NCBI GenBank assembly: GCA_012513065.1
Contig: JAAZCX010000047.1
Span: 122-64,121, forward strand
Reading direction: 5' to 3'
From: Clostridiaceae bacterium
Lineage (GTDB): Bacteria; Bacillota; Clostridia; TANB77; CAG-508
Length of the DNA: 64,000 bases
The position numbers were made by a program, and so were the translations under genes. The notes under the pieces were generated by a model, which did not search any database, was not told the origin of the DNA, and saw nothing but the letters and a program-made list of their open reading frames with translations. This document shows, in pieces, positions 8,320 through 17,494 of the stretch (positions within the stretch are counted from its first letter, which is position 1; each line of letters starts with the position of its first letter).

Positions 8320-10413
8320 GTGTTTATAAGTAGAATGAACAGTTCAATGATAACATACATATTGATTGGTTCAGGAGTATTGTTTGGTATAATATTAATT
8401 GCATTTATAATTTTACAAAAAAACAATAAAGAAGCAAAATATATAAGACAATTACAACAAGGTACAAAAACAACAAGTTTTTCAAGTGAAGTGTTATATC
8501 AAAAATTATATATAATTTACTTAAGGACACCTTTTATAAAAAGATATTTATTAAAATTAAGAAGAAGACTTGAAATTATTAATATTGAAGATGAGTATTT
8601 AACAAGATTACAATCTTCTAAAATATTAACAAGAGCAATTTTAATAGTAATACCTCTTACAATTGCTATAATTTTTCTTACTTCAAAAAACACATTATTA
8701 ATGAGTATATTATTAATATTTGAAATTTTCCTATTAGATACATTTATAGACGGAAGAGTAGATAAAATTGATAACAATTTATTAAAACAACAAATTAATT
8801 TCTTCTCAGAAATAAGACATTCATATCATGAATTTAATATGGTAGAAGAAGCAATATATCAGACAGCACAAGATGATGATAATCCAGAAATGGCAAGACA
8901 AGCAGAAAAAATATATGAGGTATTAATATCAGATGATCCAGAATCAGAATTAGAAAAATATTATGATATAGCACCAAATGCATATTTGAAAGAATTTGCT
9001 GGTGTATCATATCTTACAAAGGAATTTGGAGATAGAAAAATTGATGGAGCATCATTATATCTAAAAAACTTAAACAATATTACACAAGAAATGCAATTAG
9101 AAATATTAAAAAGAGATAAATTAAATTATGTATTTCAAAGTTTATCAATAATTTCAATTATACCAATGTTATGCTTAGAACCAATAAAAAATTGGGCTGT
9201 TGACCAATTTAGTTTTGTTGAAGGTTTCTATGCTGGCAAAAGTGGAATGATTGTACAAATATTAATATTAATAACAACATTTATATGTTATTTATTAACA
9301 AGAAAATTAAAAGACAACGAATCTACAAATATAAACACAAAAAATACACAAAATCCATGGCAAGAAAAATTATACCATGTAAAAGCAATCAAAAAATTAG
9401 TAGATTTATTTATACCAAAAGAAGGAACAAAAGAATCAAGAAAACTAAAAGAAACCATGAAAAATGCAGCTTCAAAAGATAAAATACAATGGTTATACAT
9501 TAATAGAATTTTGTTATGTGTAACATCTTTTATAGTAGCAATGGTATTTTTCTCACAATTACATAGGATAACAATTGAAAATATTTATAAAGACCCAACA
9601 AATACGTTTAATGTAATAGGTAAAGTATCAGATAAAGATGCCAAAAAAGCAATGGAACTTACAAAATCTGATAATGACTATATAAAGTATTTTAAAGGTA
9701 AAGCTAATTTACAACAGACAGATATAGAAAAAGCAATGAATAGAGGAACTGTAAATAAAGATTACATAGATAGCAATGACAAAGAAATTCAAGCAGCAGC
9801 AATAAGAATAATGGAAAAAATAACTATAGTAAATAGTGAATATTTAAGTTGGTTAGAAGTTCTAGGTTCTATGGTAATAGCCATGATAGCATACATGGGA
9901 CCAGTATTAATGCTTAAATTCCAAGCTAAAATGAGACAAATAGAAATGGAAGATGAAGTAATGCAATTCCAAACTATTATCTTAATGCTAATGAGAATTG
10001 AAAGAGTTAATGTAGAAATTATACTAGAATGGTTAGAAAGATATTCAAATATATTCAGAGATCCAATCAGCAAATGTGTAAATGATTATGAAAGTGGACC
10101 TTGGGAAGCATTAGAAGCAATGAAGGAAGAAGTAAATTATCAACAATTTATTAGAATTATTGAAAGCCTTCAAGCAGCAGTAGAAAAGATTCCAATCAAA
10201 GATGCATTTGATGAATTAGATACAGAAAGAGAATATTATCAAGCAAAAAGAAAAGAATCAAATGAAAGATTAATTTCTAGAAAAGGAATGATCGGAAAAG
10301 TAATAGGATTTGCACCAATGGTATTATTGTTTGTTGGATACTTAATTATCCCATTAGTATTTATAGGATTAACAAGTATGTCATCAGCATTCAATTCTAT
10401 GGCAACTAAGTAA
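8320..10413 (+). CDS. Polytopic inner-membrane platform protein (fused TadB/TadC-like)
   Basis: 697 aa. TM helices clustered at the N-terminus, middle and C-terminus, separated by long helical soluble regions. Sits immediately downstream of the ATPase, as tadB/tadC do. The start could instead be ATG 8335. Family assignment is inferred, not motif-proven. Confidence 0.5.
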   Translation: MFISRMNSSMITYILIGSGVLFGIILIAFIILQKNNKEAKYIRQLQQGTKTTSFSSEVLYQKLYIIYLRTPFIKRYLLKLRRRLEIINIEDEYLTRLQSSKILTRAILIVIPLTIAIIFLTSKNTLLMSILLIFEIFLLDTFIDGRVDKIDNNLLKQQINFFSEIRHSYHEFNMVEEAIYQTAQDDDNPEMARQAEKIYEVLISDDPESELEKYYDIAPNAYLKEFAGVSYLTKEFGDRKIDGASLYLKNLNNITQEMQLEILKRDKLNYVFQSLSIISIIPMLCLEPIKNWAVDQFSFVEGFYAGKSGMIVQILILITTFICYLLTRKLKDNESTNINTKNTQNPWQEKLYHVKAIKKLVDLFIPKEGTKESRKLKETMKNAASKDKIQWLYINRILLCVTSFIVAMVFFSQLHRITIENIYKDPTNTFNVIGKVSDKDAKKAMELTKSDNDYIKYFKGKANLQQTDIEKAMNRGTVNKDYIDSNDKEIQAAAIRIMEKITIVNSEYLSWLEVLGSMVIAMIAYMGPVLMLKFQAKMRQIEMEDEVMQFQTIILMLMRIERVNVEIILEWLERYSNIFRDPISKCVNDYESGPWEALEAMKEEVNYQQFIRIIESLQAAVEKIPIKDAFDELDTEREYYQAKRKESNERLISRKGMIGKVIGFAPMVLLFVGYLIIPLVFIGLTSMSSAFNSMATK

Positions 10414-10430
10414 GGAGGAGATTTTAAGTT

Positions 10431-11060
10431 ATGGAAAATGCATCAAAAGCATTAATAATGGCAGGATCTGTTCTAATTGCAATAGTTGTAATATCATTAT
10501 TAGTAATATTTTTTGGTAATTTACGTGGATTACAAAATACAACTCAAAGTGTTGAACAAGTAGAACAAGCTACAGAATTTAACAAACAATATGATGCATA
10601 TGCCAGAGATGTATATGGAAGTGAATTACTATCAATTGCAAATAAAATAAATGATTACAATGAAAGAATTGCAGAAAATGATCAATATACACAAATTACA
10701 CTAGCAGTAACAATTCAAAATGATATTGATAATGAATATTTTAAAAAAGGAACATATACTACAAATTCATTAATACAAAAAGTTGAAAATCTAGAAGATA
10801 AAATAAATTCAATAGGTTCACAAAAAATAATAAGTAGCGCAAATAAAAAAGTTTCAAGAAAAGTAAGTAAGTTAGCAACCATGAGAACAGCAGATATTGA
10901 AGCTTTAGGATTTACAACAACTCAATATCAAGAATTAGTAAGTCAATATAATTCATATAAAACATTATTAACAGAAATAAAATCAAAAACATTTAAATTT
11001 GTTAATTTTGATTATGAAAAATACACAGGAAGAATTACAAAAATGAATTATAAATACTAA
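10431..11060 (+). CDS. Pilin-like protein, MENAxKAL family, paralog 1
   Basis: 209 aa. AGGAGG RBS. N-terminus MENASKALIMAGSVLIAIVVISLLVIFF (short polar head plus about 22 hydrophobic residues), followed by a soluble domain. Confidence 0.55.
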   Translation: MENASKALIMAGSVLIAIVVISLLVIFFGNLRGLQNTTQSVEQVEQATEFNKQYDAYARDVYGSELLSIANKINDYNERIAENDQYTQITLAVTIQNDIDNEYFKKGTYTTNSLIQKVENLEDKINSIGSQKIISSANKKVSRKVSKLATMRTADIEALGFTTTQYQELVSQYNSYKTLLTEIKSKTFKFVNFDYEKYTGRITKMNYKY

Positions 11061-11077
11061 AATTAGGAGGAGGAAGA

Positions 11078-11584
11078 ATGGAGAATGCAACAAAAGCACT
11101 AATAATAGCAGCAGGAGTATTAATTGGAATGATGATTATATCTGTTGGTGTAGCTCTATTTACTTCTTTTTCAGATTTTAGTCGTAGTACACAAGAAAAG
11201 GTTGATGAAGCAAAAATTTCAGAATGGAATAATAATTATTTAAAATATTATGGAACAACAACAATCGAGAAAAATGGTAAAGAAGAAATTAAGCCAATTC
11301 AATTAACTGCACATGATGTTATAAGTGTAGCAAATCATGCAAAACAAAATAATATAAATTATGAATTACAAAATCAAAATAGATTTGACGAAAAAACTTA
11401 TTATGTACAAGTTCAAGTAGGATCAAAAACAAATTTTGAAAAAGTTGAAGAACAGGAAAAGAATACATTTTTAAAAGAAAATTCAATGACATCAGAAAAT
11501 GAGATTAAATATTATATTTGCACTGATGTAAAAATAAGTAATATAACAAAAAGAGTAATGTATATTAAATTCGAAGAACAATAA
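11078..11584 (+). CDS. Pilin-like protein, MENAxKAL family, paralog 2
   Basis: 168 aa. AGGAGGAGG RBS. MENATKALIIAAGVLIGMMIISVGVALF. Confidence 0.55.
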   Translation: MENATKALIIAAGVLIGMMIISVGVALFTSFSDFSRSTQEKVDEAKISEWNNNYLKYYGTTTIEKNGKEEIKPIQLTAHDVISVANHAKQNNINYELQNQNRFDEKTYYVQVQVGSKTNFEKVEEQEKNTFLKENSMTSENEIKYYICTDVKISNITKRVMYIKFEEQ

Positions 11585-11664
11585 AATATTATATTTTGTA
11601 AAAAAATAATATTAATAATTGCATTAAAAAAGTATTAATGTTATAATAAAAAGGAATTTGTGGA

Positions 11665-12093
11665 ATGAAAAAAAACTTATTAATATTGTTAGGAATATTT
11701 ATACTAATTATAGCTATTTTATTTTTTATTTATAATAACTATATAAAAGTAATAATATTATCACAACAATCAAATAAAGAATACGAAAATTATACAGAAA
11801 ACACAGTATTAGGTTCTTCATTAATGACTTTAATAAATAAAGCTATAGACCGAAATGAAAAAAATGGAATAGAAAAGAATAATAAAAATTTATATATAGA
11901 AAACAATGAAAATTCAATAAAAATAGAAATTAAATTTTTAGAATCTGATAAAATTTTTCAAATGGAAACGATTAGCAATTTGGGTTCAGAAGAATTTATA
12001 AAAAATTATAATAGTAGAAAATTTAATTGTACAAAAAAAGAATATCATCAAAAGACAAAACATATTAAATATATACTATTTGAAGAAATTTAG
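11665..12093 (+). CDS. Hypothetical membrane-anchored protein within the pilus operon
   Basis: 142 aa. N-terminal TM LLILLGIFILIIAILFFIY. Weak RBS (AAGGAA). No family recognised. Confidence 0.4.
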   Translation: MKKNLLILLGIFILIIAILFFIYNNYIKVIILSQQSNKEYENYTENTVLGSSLMTLINKAIDRNEKNGIEKNNKNLYIENNENSIKIEIKFLESDKIFQMETISNLGSEEFIKNYNSRKFNCTKKEYHQKTKHIKYILFEEI

Positions 12094-12148
12094 TTATTAA
12101 TTTTTAAAATATAAAACACAAAAGGTAAAAAAATAGGAGGAAATTATT

Positions 12149-12586
12149 ATGGAGAATGCATCAAAAGCATTAATTATTGCAGGGTCAATATTAATATCAA
12201 TAGTTATTATTACATTAGGAGTAATGATAGTAGGGAATGTAACAGATACAATCCAAAAAAATTCAAATTTATCAGAACAGGAAATTTCAACTTACAATCA
12301 ACCATTTGAAGCTTACTTAGGAACAAAATCAGGAACACAAGTAAGATCTCTATGTGATAAAGTTAGAAATCATAACAATGCTAGTATAGATGATGTAACA
12401 AGACAAATAGTATTACAAGAAGGAGATGCTTCAAATGTAACAGCAGCAACAGAAACAGCAGTAACAGCATCAGCTGTTAATACAATAAAACAAAATATAA
12501 AACAAGGAAAAACATATACTATTTCATTAGGTTATGACGCTAATTCAGGATTAGTTGTTGCAGTAGGAATTGAAGAAAAAAAATAA
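12149..12586 (+). CDS. Pilin-like protein, MENAxKAL family, paralog 3 (shortest, candidate major subunit)
   Basis: 145 aa. TAGGAGG RBS. MENASKALIIAGSILISIVIITLGVMIV, with a Thr/Ala-rich segment. Confidence 0.55.
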   Translation: MENASKALIIAGSILISIVIITLGVMIVGNVTDTIQKNSNLSEQEISTYNQPFEAYLGTKSGTQVRSLCDKVRNHNNASIDDVTRQIVLQEGDASNVTAATETAVTASAVNTIKQNIKQGKTYTISLGYDANSGLVVAVGIEEKK

Positions 12587-12609
12587 TTTAAAGTAAAGGA
12601 AAGAATATT

Positions 12610-13386
12610 ATGGAGAATGCAGCAGAAGCTTTAATGATGGGGTTCGCTGTTCTAATCTTTGTAATAGCATTGACAGTGGGAATTACATCTTTTAATCAAG
12701 TAAAAAATATTTCAGATGTAGTATTATATACAACAGATGAAACAAATTATTATGATTATCAAGGGGCGATAGGTAAGGCATCACAAAATAGAATAGTAGG
12801 ATTAGAAACCATTGTTCCAACTTTATATAAATATTATAAAGAAAACTATACTATATTATTTCGTGAAGGAAGTTATAATATGCAAACAGGAGAATTTAGC
12901 AATGTTAAAACATTAACTATTTATGAAACTCCTTCAGTATATAAAACAAGAAATAATTCTATATTATGGGGAAAATCTTATAACAGAATAATGGAAAAAA
13001 AATATAGTCCATACATTTCTGGCGGATATAATGAAGAAGGAAATAAAGAAATATTCTCATTTGACTTAGAAGAAGAAACCTTAAGACATGAACCTTGGAC
13101 AGGTAGCTATGATAAAGCAAAGGAAAATTTGGATAGTTTTTTATATGGCGAGATTTATTATAATCCAAACAATAATAGTAAATACATTGATTACAGTAAT
13201 TTACCATTACAAACTGGTGGATTTATTGGAAAATACAAAGATGCAAAATTTGTTGAAACAATTGGAGAATATACATATTCAAGTAATCAAGAAAATGATA
13301 GTGATACAGAAGATGGAAGCTCAATTAGTAGCCTAGTAAAAGAAAAGAAAAAAAGAATTATTATTTTTACAAAGATTAATAATTAG
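12610..13386 (+). CDS. Pilin-like protein, MENAxKAL family, paralog 4
   Basis: 258 aa. MENAAEALMMGFAVLIFVIALTVGITSF. Confidence 0.5.
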   Translation: MENAAEALMMGFAVLIFVIALTVGITSFNQVKNISDVVLYTTDETNYYDYQGAIGKASQNRIVGLETIVPTLYKYYKENYTILFREGSYNMQTGEFSNVKTLTIYETPSVYKTRNNSILWGKSYNRIMEKKYSPYISGGYNEEGNKEIFSFDLEEETLRHEPWTGSYDKAKENLDSFLYGEIYYNPNNNSKYIDYSNLPLQTGGFIGKYKDAKFVETIGEYTYSSNQENDSDTEDGSSISSLVKEKKKRIIIFTKINN

Positions 13387-13413
13387 TAAAGAACGATAAA
13401 AGGAGGAATCAAA

Positions 13414-13938
13414 ATGGGAGATAGTTTAATTACAGTAATAGCTATATTTTTAGCAGCAATCTTAATGTTTGTTTTTCCACTTATGTCTATGGCTGAGAGG
13501 ACTGATGATGTATCACAATTAGCAATACAAACAGCAACTGCAGAATTTGTAGACAAAGTAAGAACTACTGGTAAATTAACTTTAGATGATTATGATAAGT
13601 TTTTATCAACATTATCTTCATCAGGAAATTCATTTGATGTAGATATAGAAATTCAACTATTAGATGAAAATCCAGGAGTAAAAACAACACAAACAGAAAT
13701 GACAAAAATAGGTGAAAATTTATATTATAACCTATATACAAGTCAAGTAAATGAAAAATTAAATAAAAATGGAAAAATTACTTTAAAAGAAGGAGATAGA
13801 GTTTCAGTTACAGCTAAAAATACAAATCAAACAATTTCACAAATATTAAAGAATTTCTTTTATCAATTAGCTGGAAATGATACATATCAAATTGCTGCTC
13901 AACATGCAGGAATTGTTACCGTAAATGGAACAAAGTAA
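13414..13938 (+). CDS. TadE-like minor pilin/pseudopilin candidate
   Basis: 174 aa. AAGGAGG RBS. N-terminal SLITVIAIFLAAILMFVFPLMSM hydrophobic segment, then a soluble domain. Architecture only. Confidence 0.4.
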   Translation: MGDSLITVIAIFLAAILMFVFPLMSMAERTDDVSQLAIQTATAEFVDKVRTTGKLTLDDYDKFLSTLSSSGNSFDVDIEIQLLDENPGVKTTQTEMTKIGENLYYNLYTSQVNEKLNKNGKITLKEGDRVSVTAKNTNQTISQILKNFFYQLAGNDTYQIAAQHAGIVTVNGTK

Positions 13939-14000
13939 AAAATATATTAAGAGAGGGCAGAGAGTAAAATCTGTCTTTTTTTATAATAGAAAGGGAAAAA

Positions 14001-15632
14001 ATGAAGATACAGCATTTAGCAATAGTATTTATAATTATAATGTTACCAATATCAATGGTAATTACATATTATATTCAAACACAAATTGATACTATAAATT
14101 TGCAAGGTACGTATAATTCAAAATTACAAACAGCAACTTATGATGCAATAAAAAGTTTTCAATTGAATACAATAAATAATAAATATTCTACAATAAGTGA
14201 TTCTAAGATAAGAGATATAGAAGCGTCAATTTCAACTTTTTATAATTCATTAGGTACTGAATTAGGAGCAACAGGATATAATGAAGAAAGTCTAAGACAA
14301 TTTATACCAGCTATTTTGTATACAATGTATGATGGATATTATATTTATGGTGAATATTATAATGAAACTAATGATAGTTATCAATATGGATTAAAACCAT
14401 ATATATATTACTCATGTAGATATAAAAAAGGAAATAGTGATTTTATAGTAAACTATACATTAGATAACACAATTACTATATATGGAATTGTATCAGGGCA
14501 ATATATAACTAAATCTGGATCATTAATAAGTCCAAGTATGATATCAGAAATACAAAAAAATGCAAATGGTGAAGTTATTTCTTTAAAATATGATGGTGTA
14601 TTAATACAACCAGAAATATTAAAAGAACAATTAATAACTATAGATCAAAATAATTTTTCTACAAATAATGAATATGAATATTTAACTTATAGTAATAAAA
14701 AAATATATAAAGATGATAAAGGATATTTTTGGAATAATAAAAATAATAAACAATATATTACAGATAATGAAACATTAAATTTTGTACAAAAAAATACAAT
14801 TGGTGGACATTTATATAGTAATAGTGCAGTTAAATATTATGCAGATGCTTATGAATTTAGTATATGGGTAAATAGTAATTTAAGTACAATAACTCAATCA
14901 AATGCTATTGATTCAAATGGTAATAAAATTCAAGATTTTGCAATTAGTACACAAGAAAATAATATATTTAAATTAAGCGAAGCAAATAATCCGTTAGTAT
15001 CAGATTCAAACTTTAATCAAAACAGAATATCTGTTATTAGGAAATCTATTGAATCTAATTTATCATCTGCAATAGCAAACTTTGGATCAAGTGCTGAATA
15101 TGAATTTGTTATGCCATCATTTACTGAAGATGATTGGGATAAATTAGTTAATAATGTATCAGTATCAACATTTATGCAAGGAGTACCAATTGGAGCAAAA
15201 TTTTATAATAATTATTGCATTATTTCAAATGATAAAAATAAAGAAGTTGTAACAGAAGATTCAATTTATGTTGTAACAGAAGATGGACAAGTACATTATC
15301 CAGGATGCAAAGACATAATAGATAATGACAAAACAATTGTACAAGCTTATAAAAATATAGATTTTGAAAGACAAACAGTAGTTATAACAGAAGGTGACGA
15401 AAGATATTTTTATCCACAACATAGTGAAAAATGTTATGATTGTATGGTAAATATTGCAGAAACATATGATATTGATGAGATAATAAAAGGAAAAGTTACT
15501 ATATACAACACAAATGAAAAAGATTTTCAAACAAAAGACATAAGAAATACTACATTAAGAAAAATATATTTAACATCTCTTGCAAGAGAAAAATATGATT
15601 TATATAGAACAAATAATTATTTTGGTAATTAA
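14001..15632 (+). CDS. Large TadG-like pilus-associated protein candidate
   Basis: 543 aa. N-terminal TM HLAIVFIIIMLPISMVITYYI. Asn/Tyr-rich extracellular region. C-terminal Cys pairs (YPGCKD, EKCYDC). Last gene of the operon. Confidence 0.4.
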   Translation: MKIQHLAIVFIIIMLPISMVITYYIQTQIDTINLQGTYNSKLQTATYDAIKSFQLNTINNKYSTISDSKIRDIEASISTFYNSLGTELGATGYNEESLRQFIPAILYTMYDGYYIYGEYYNETNDSYQYGLKPYIYYSCRYKKGNSDFIVNYTLDNTITIYGIVSGQYITKSGSLISPSMISEIQKNANGEVISLKYDGVLIQPEILKEQLITIDQNNFSTNNEYEYLTYSNKKIYKDDKGYFWNNKNNKQYITDNETLNFVQKNTIGGHLYSNSAVKYYADAYEFSIWVNSNLSTITQSNAIDSNGNKIQDFAISTQENNIFKLSEANNPLVSDSNFNQNRISVIRKSIESNLSSAIANFGSSAEYEFVMPSFTEDDWDKLVNNVSVSTFMQGVPIGAKFYNNYCIISNDKNKEVVTEDSIYVVTEDGQVHYPGCKDIIDNDKTIVQAYKNIDFERQTVVITEGDERYFYPQHSEKCYDCMVNIAETYDIDEIIKGKVTIYNTNEKDFQTKDIRNTTLRKIYLTSLAREKYDLYRTNNYFGN

Positions 15633-15640
15633 TAAAAATT

Positions 15641-15668
15641 AAGAAAGCATAAAATGCTTTCTTTTTTA
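15641..15668 (+). terminator. Rho-independent terminator ending the pilus operon
   Basis: AAGAAAGCAT-aaa-ATGCTTTCTT followed by TTTTT. Confidence 0.75.
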
Positions 15669-15747
15669 TTGTAAAAGAGAATGTAGTATAAAAAAATGGG
15701 AAATATAAGATTATAATATCAAAAATTAAGTTAACGAAAGGAGAAAA

Positions 15748-16992
15748 ATGAAAAGAAAATTTAAAATAACTTTATTAATACTCATATTATTAATAATATA
15801 TATATATATTTCAAGTGTGACATTATTACCTAAAAGTATAATTTTAATGCAAGGTGAAACATTAAATTTAGCAACTTTGTGGGGAATAAGCATACAAGAA
15901 AAAAGTAATACAAATCCTAATATATATGAATATAAACAGGGGAAAATAATACAGGCGTCAAGTAATGCAAGTGAAGAGAAAAATAAAGAATTAGGTAAGA
16001 TTGATTTAAGTTTTAATTTATTTAATTCTGTTTCTTTAAAAGAAATATCAGTCAATGTAATTCCTAAAATGAAAGTAGTACCACTTGGAAATGCTATAGG
16101 ACTTAAATTATATACAGAAGGAGTACTAATAGTAGGAATGTCTGATATAGAGGGACAAAAACCATATGAAAAAGCAGGAATAAAGGAAGGAGATAGAATT
16201 ATTGCAGTAAACAATAAAGAAATATCTTCAACAGAAGAATTAGTAGAAACAGTAAATAATACAAAAGGAAAAGAGATAATAATAAAATATATGAGGGAAA
16301 ATGTTGAAGAAACTACTAGTATGATACCTGCAAAAACAAAAGATAATGAGTATAAATTAGGTTTATGGGTAAGAGATGCAGCAGCAGGGGTAGGAACGGC
16401 TACATTTTATGTTCCAGAAAGTGGAATGTTTGCATCACTAGGACATGGAATTACAGATGTAGATACAGGAGAGCTTATAACAATTGCGAATGGAGAATTA
16501 GTAACAACTAATATTGTTTCAGTACAGAAAGGTGAAAAAGGAAAACCTGGAGAAATAAAAGGAACTATTGAAGGTGGAAGTAAACTAGGAAATATAACAA
16601 AAAATACTGGTTTTGGAATATTTGGAAAAATAAACAATAAGAATAGTATGAATATTGATATGGAAGAGATGGAAATTGCAAATCGTGATGAGATAAAACA
16701 AGGAAAGGCACAAATTATATGCGAGTTAGAAACTGGAAAAAAAGAATACTATGATATAGAAATTCAAAGAATATATACAAATAATAATAAAGATAATAAA
16801 AGCATATTAATAAAAGTAACAGACGAAAGATTGTTAGAAAAAACAGGAGGTATTATTCAAGGAATGTCTGGATCTCCAATTATTCAAAGTAATAAATTTA
16901 TTGGAGCAATAACTCATGTACTTGTAAATGATCCGACATCTGGATATGCAGTATTTGCAGATATGATGATAAAGGAAATGAAAGAGACATAG
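15748..16992 (+). CDS. spoIVB: SpoIVB peptidase (stage IV sporulation signalling serine protease, S55)
   Basis: 414 aa. N-terminal TM; PDZ segment GIKEGDRIIAVNNKEI; S55 catalytic region LGHGITD ... GMSGSPII. Confidence 0.85.
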   Translation: MKRKFKITLLILILLIIYIYISSVTLLPKSIILMQGETLNLATLWGISIQEKSNTNPNIYEYKQGKIIQASSNASEEKNKELGKIDLSFNLFNSVSLKEISVNVIPKMKVVPLGNAIGLKLYTEGVLIVGMSDIEGQKPYEKAGIKEGDRIIAVNNKEISSTEELVETVNNTKGKEIIIKYMRENVEETTSMIPAKTKDNEYKLGLWVRDAAAGVGTATFYVPESGMFASLGHGITDVDTGELITIANGELVTTNIVSVQKGEKGKPGEIKGTIEGGSKLGNITKNTGFGIFGKINNKNSMNIDMEEMEIANRDEIKQGKAQIICELETGKKEYYDIEIQRIYTNNNKDNKSILIKVTDERLLEKTGGIIQGMSGSPIIQSNKFIGAITHVLVNDPTSGYAVFADMMIKEMKET

Positions 16993-16994
16993 AA

Positions 16995-17026
16995 AAAATC
17001 CTAGTCTAAATATAGACTAGGATTTT
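16995..17026. terminator. Bidirectional terminator hairpin between convergent genes
   Basis: AAAATCCTAGTCTA-aata-TAGACTAGGATTTT. Confidence 0.7.
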
Positions 17027-17033
17027 GGAAGTT

Positions 17034-17330
17034 TTATATCTTAAATATTAATGCATTAAGATATTCCTGTGAATCTGAAGTTATAGGTGATGCATTTAAA
17101 GGAACGTGTGAACTAGGTAAAAGATTCTTTGACTTAATCCATGCAAATGGAAAATCAATATTTTTTAAAGGTCTAAAAAAGTCTGTTCCATTCGATTGTA
17201 CAAAAATATAAATTTTTGTGCCCTTAGTTTTAGAATCTTCGCTTAAAGCATAAGTACCGCCCTCTAAATCAGAAAATAATTCAATTATAATCCGACCCTC
17301 TGATGATTTCTTCAAATTTTCATTTTGCAT
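17034..17330 (-). CDS. Hypothetical protein (98 aa from MQNENLKK...)
   Basis: ATG at 17330, preceded by TTAGGAGG on the minus strand (the listed 17393 start lacks an RBS). No family recognised. Contains an in-frame CGG at 17292-17294 (codon 13). Confidence 0.45.
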   Translation of the reverse strand: MQNENLKKSSEGRIIIELFSDLEGGTYALSEDSKTKGTKIYIFVQSNGTDFFRPLKNIDFPFAWIKSKNLLPSSHVPLNASPITSDSQEYLNALIFKI

Positions 17331-17494
17331 TGTAAAACCTCCTAATGTATATTTTTTTTGAAAAACAATAATATTATAACATAAAAAAAACAAAAAGTAA
17401 ATAGTGTAATTAATTGGAAGAAATTAAAAGAATAAATAGAATAAAAAATAAAAAGAAGAATGTATTCTTCTTTTTATATATAATATTATAATAT

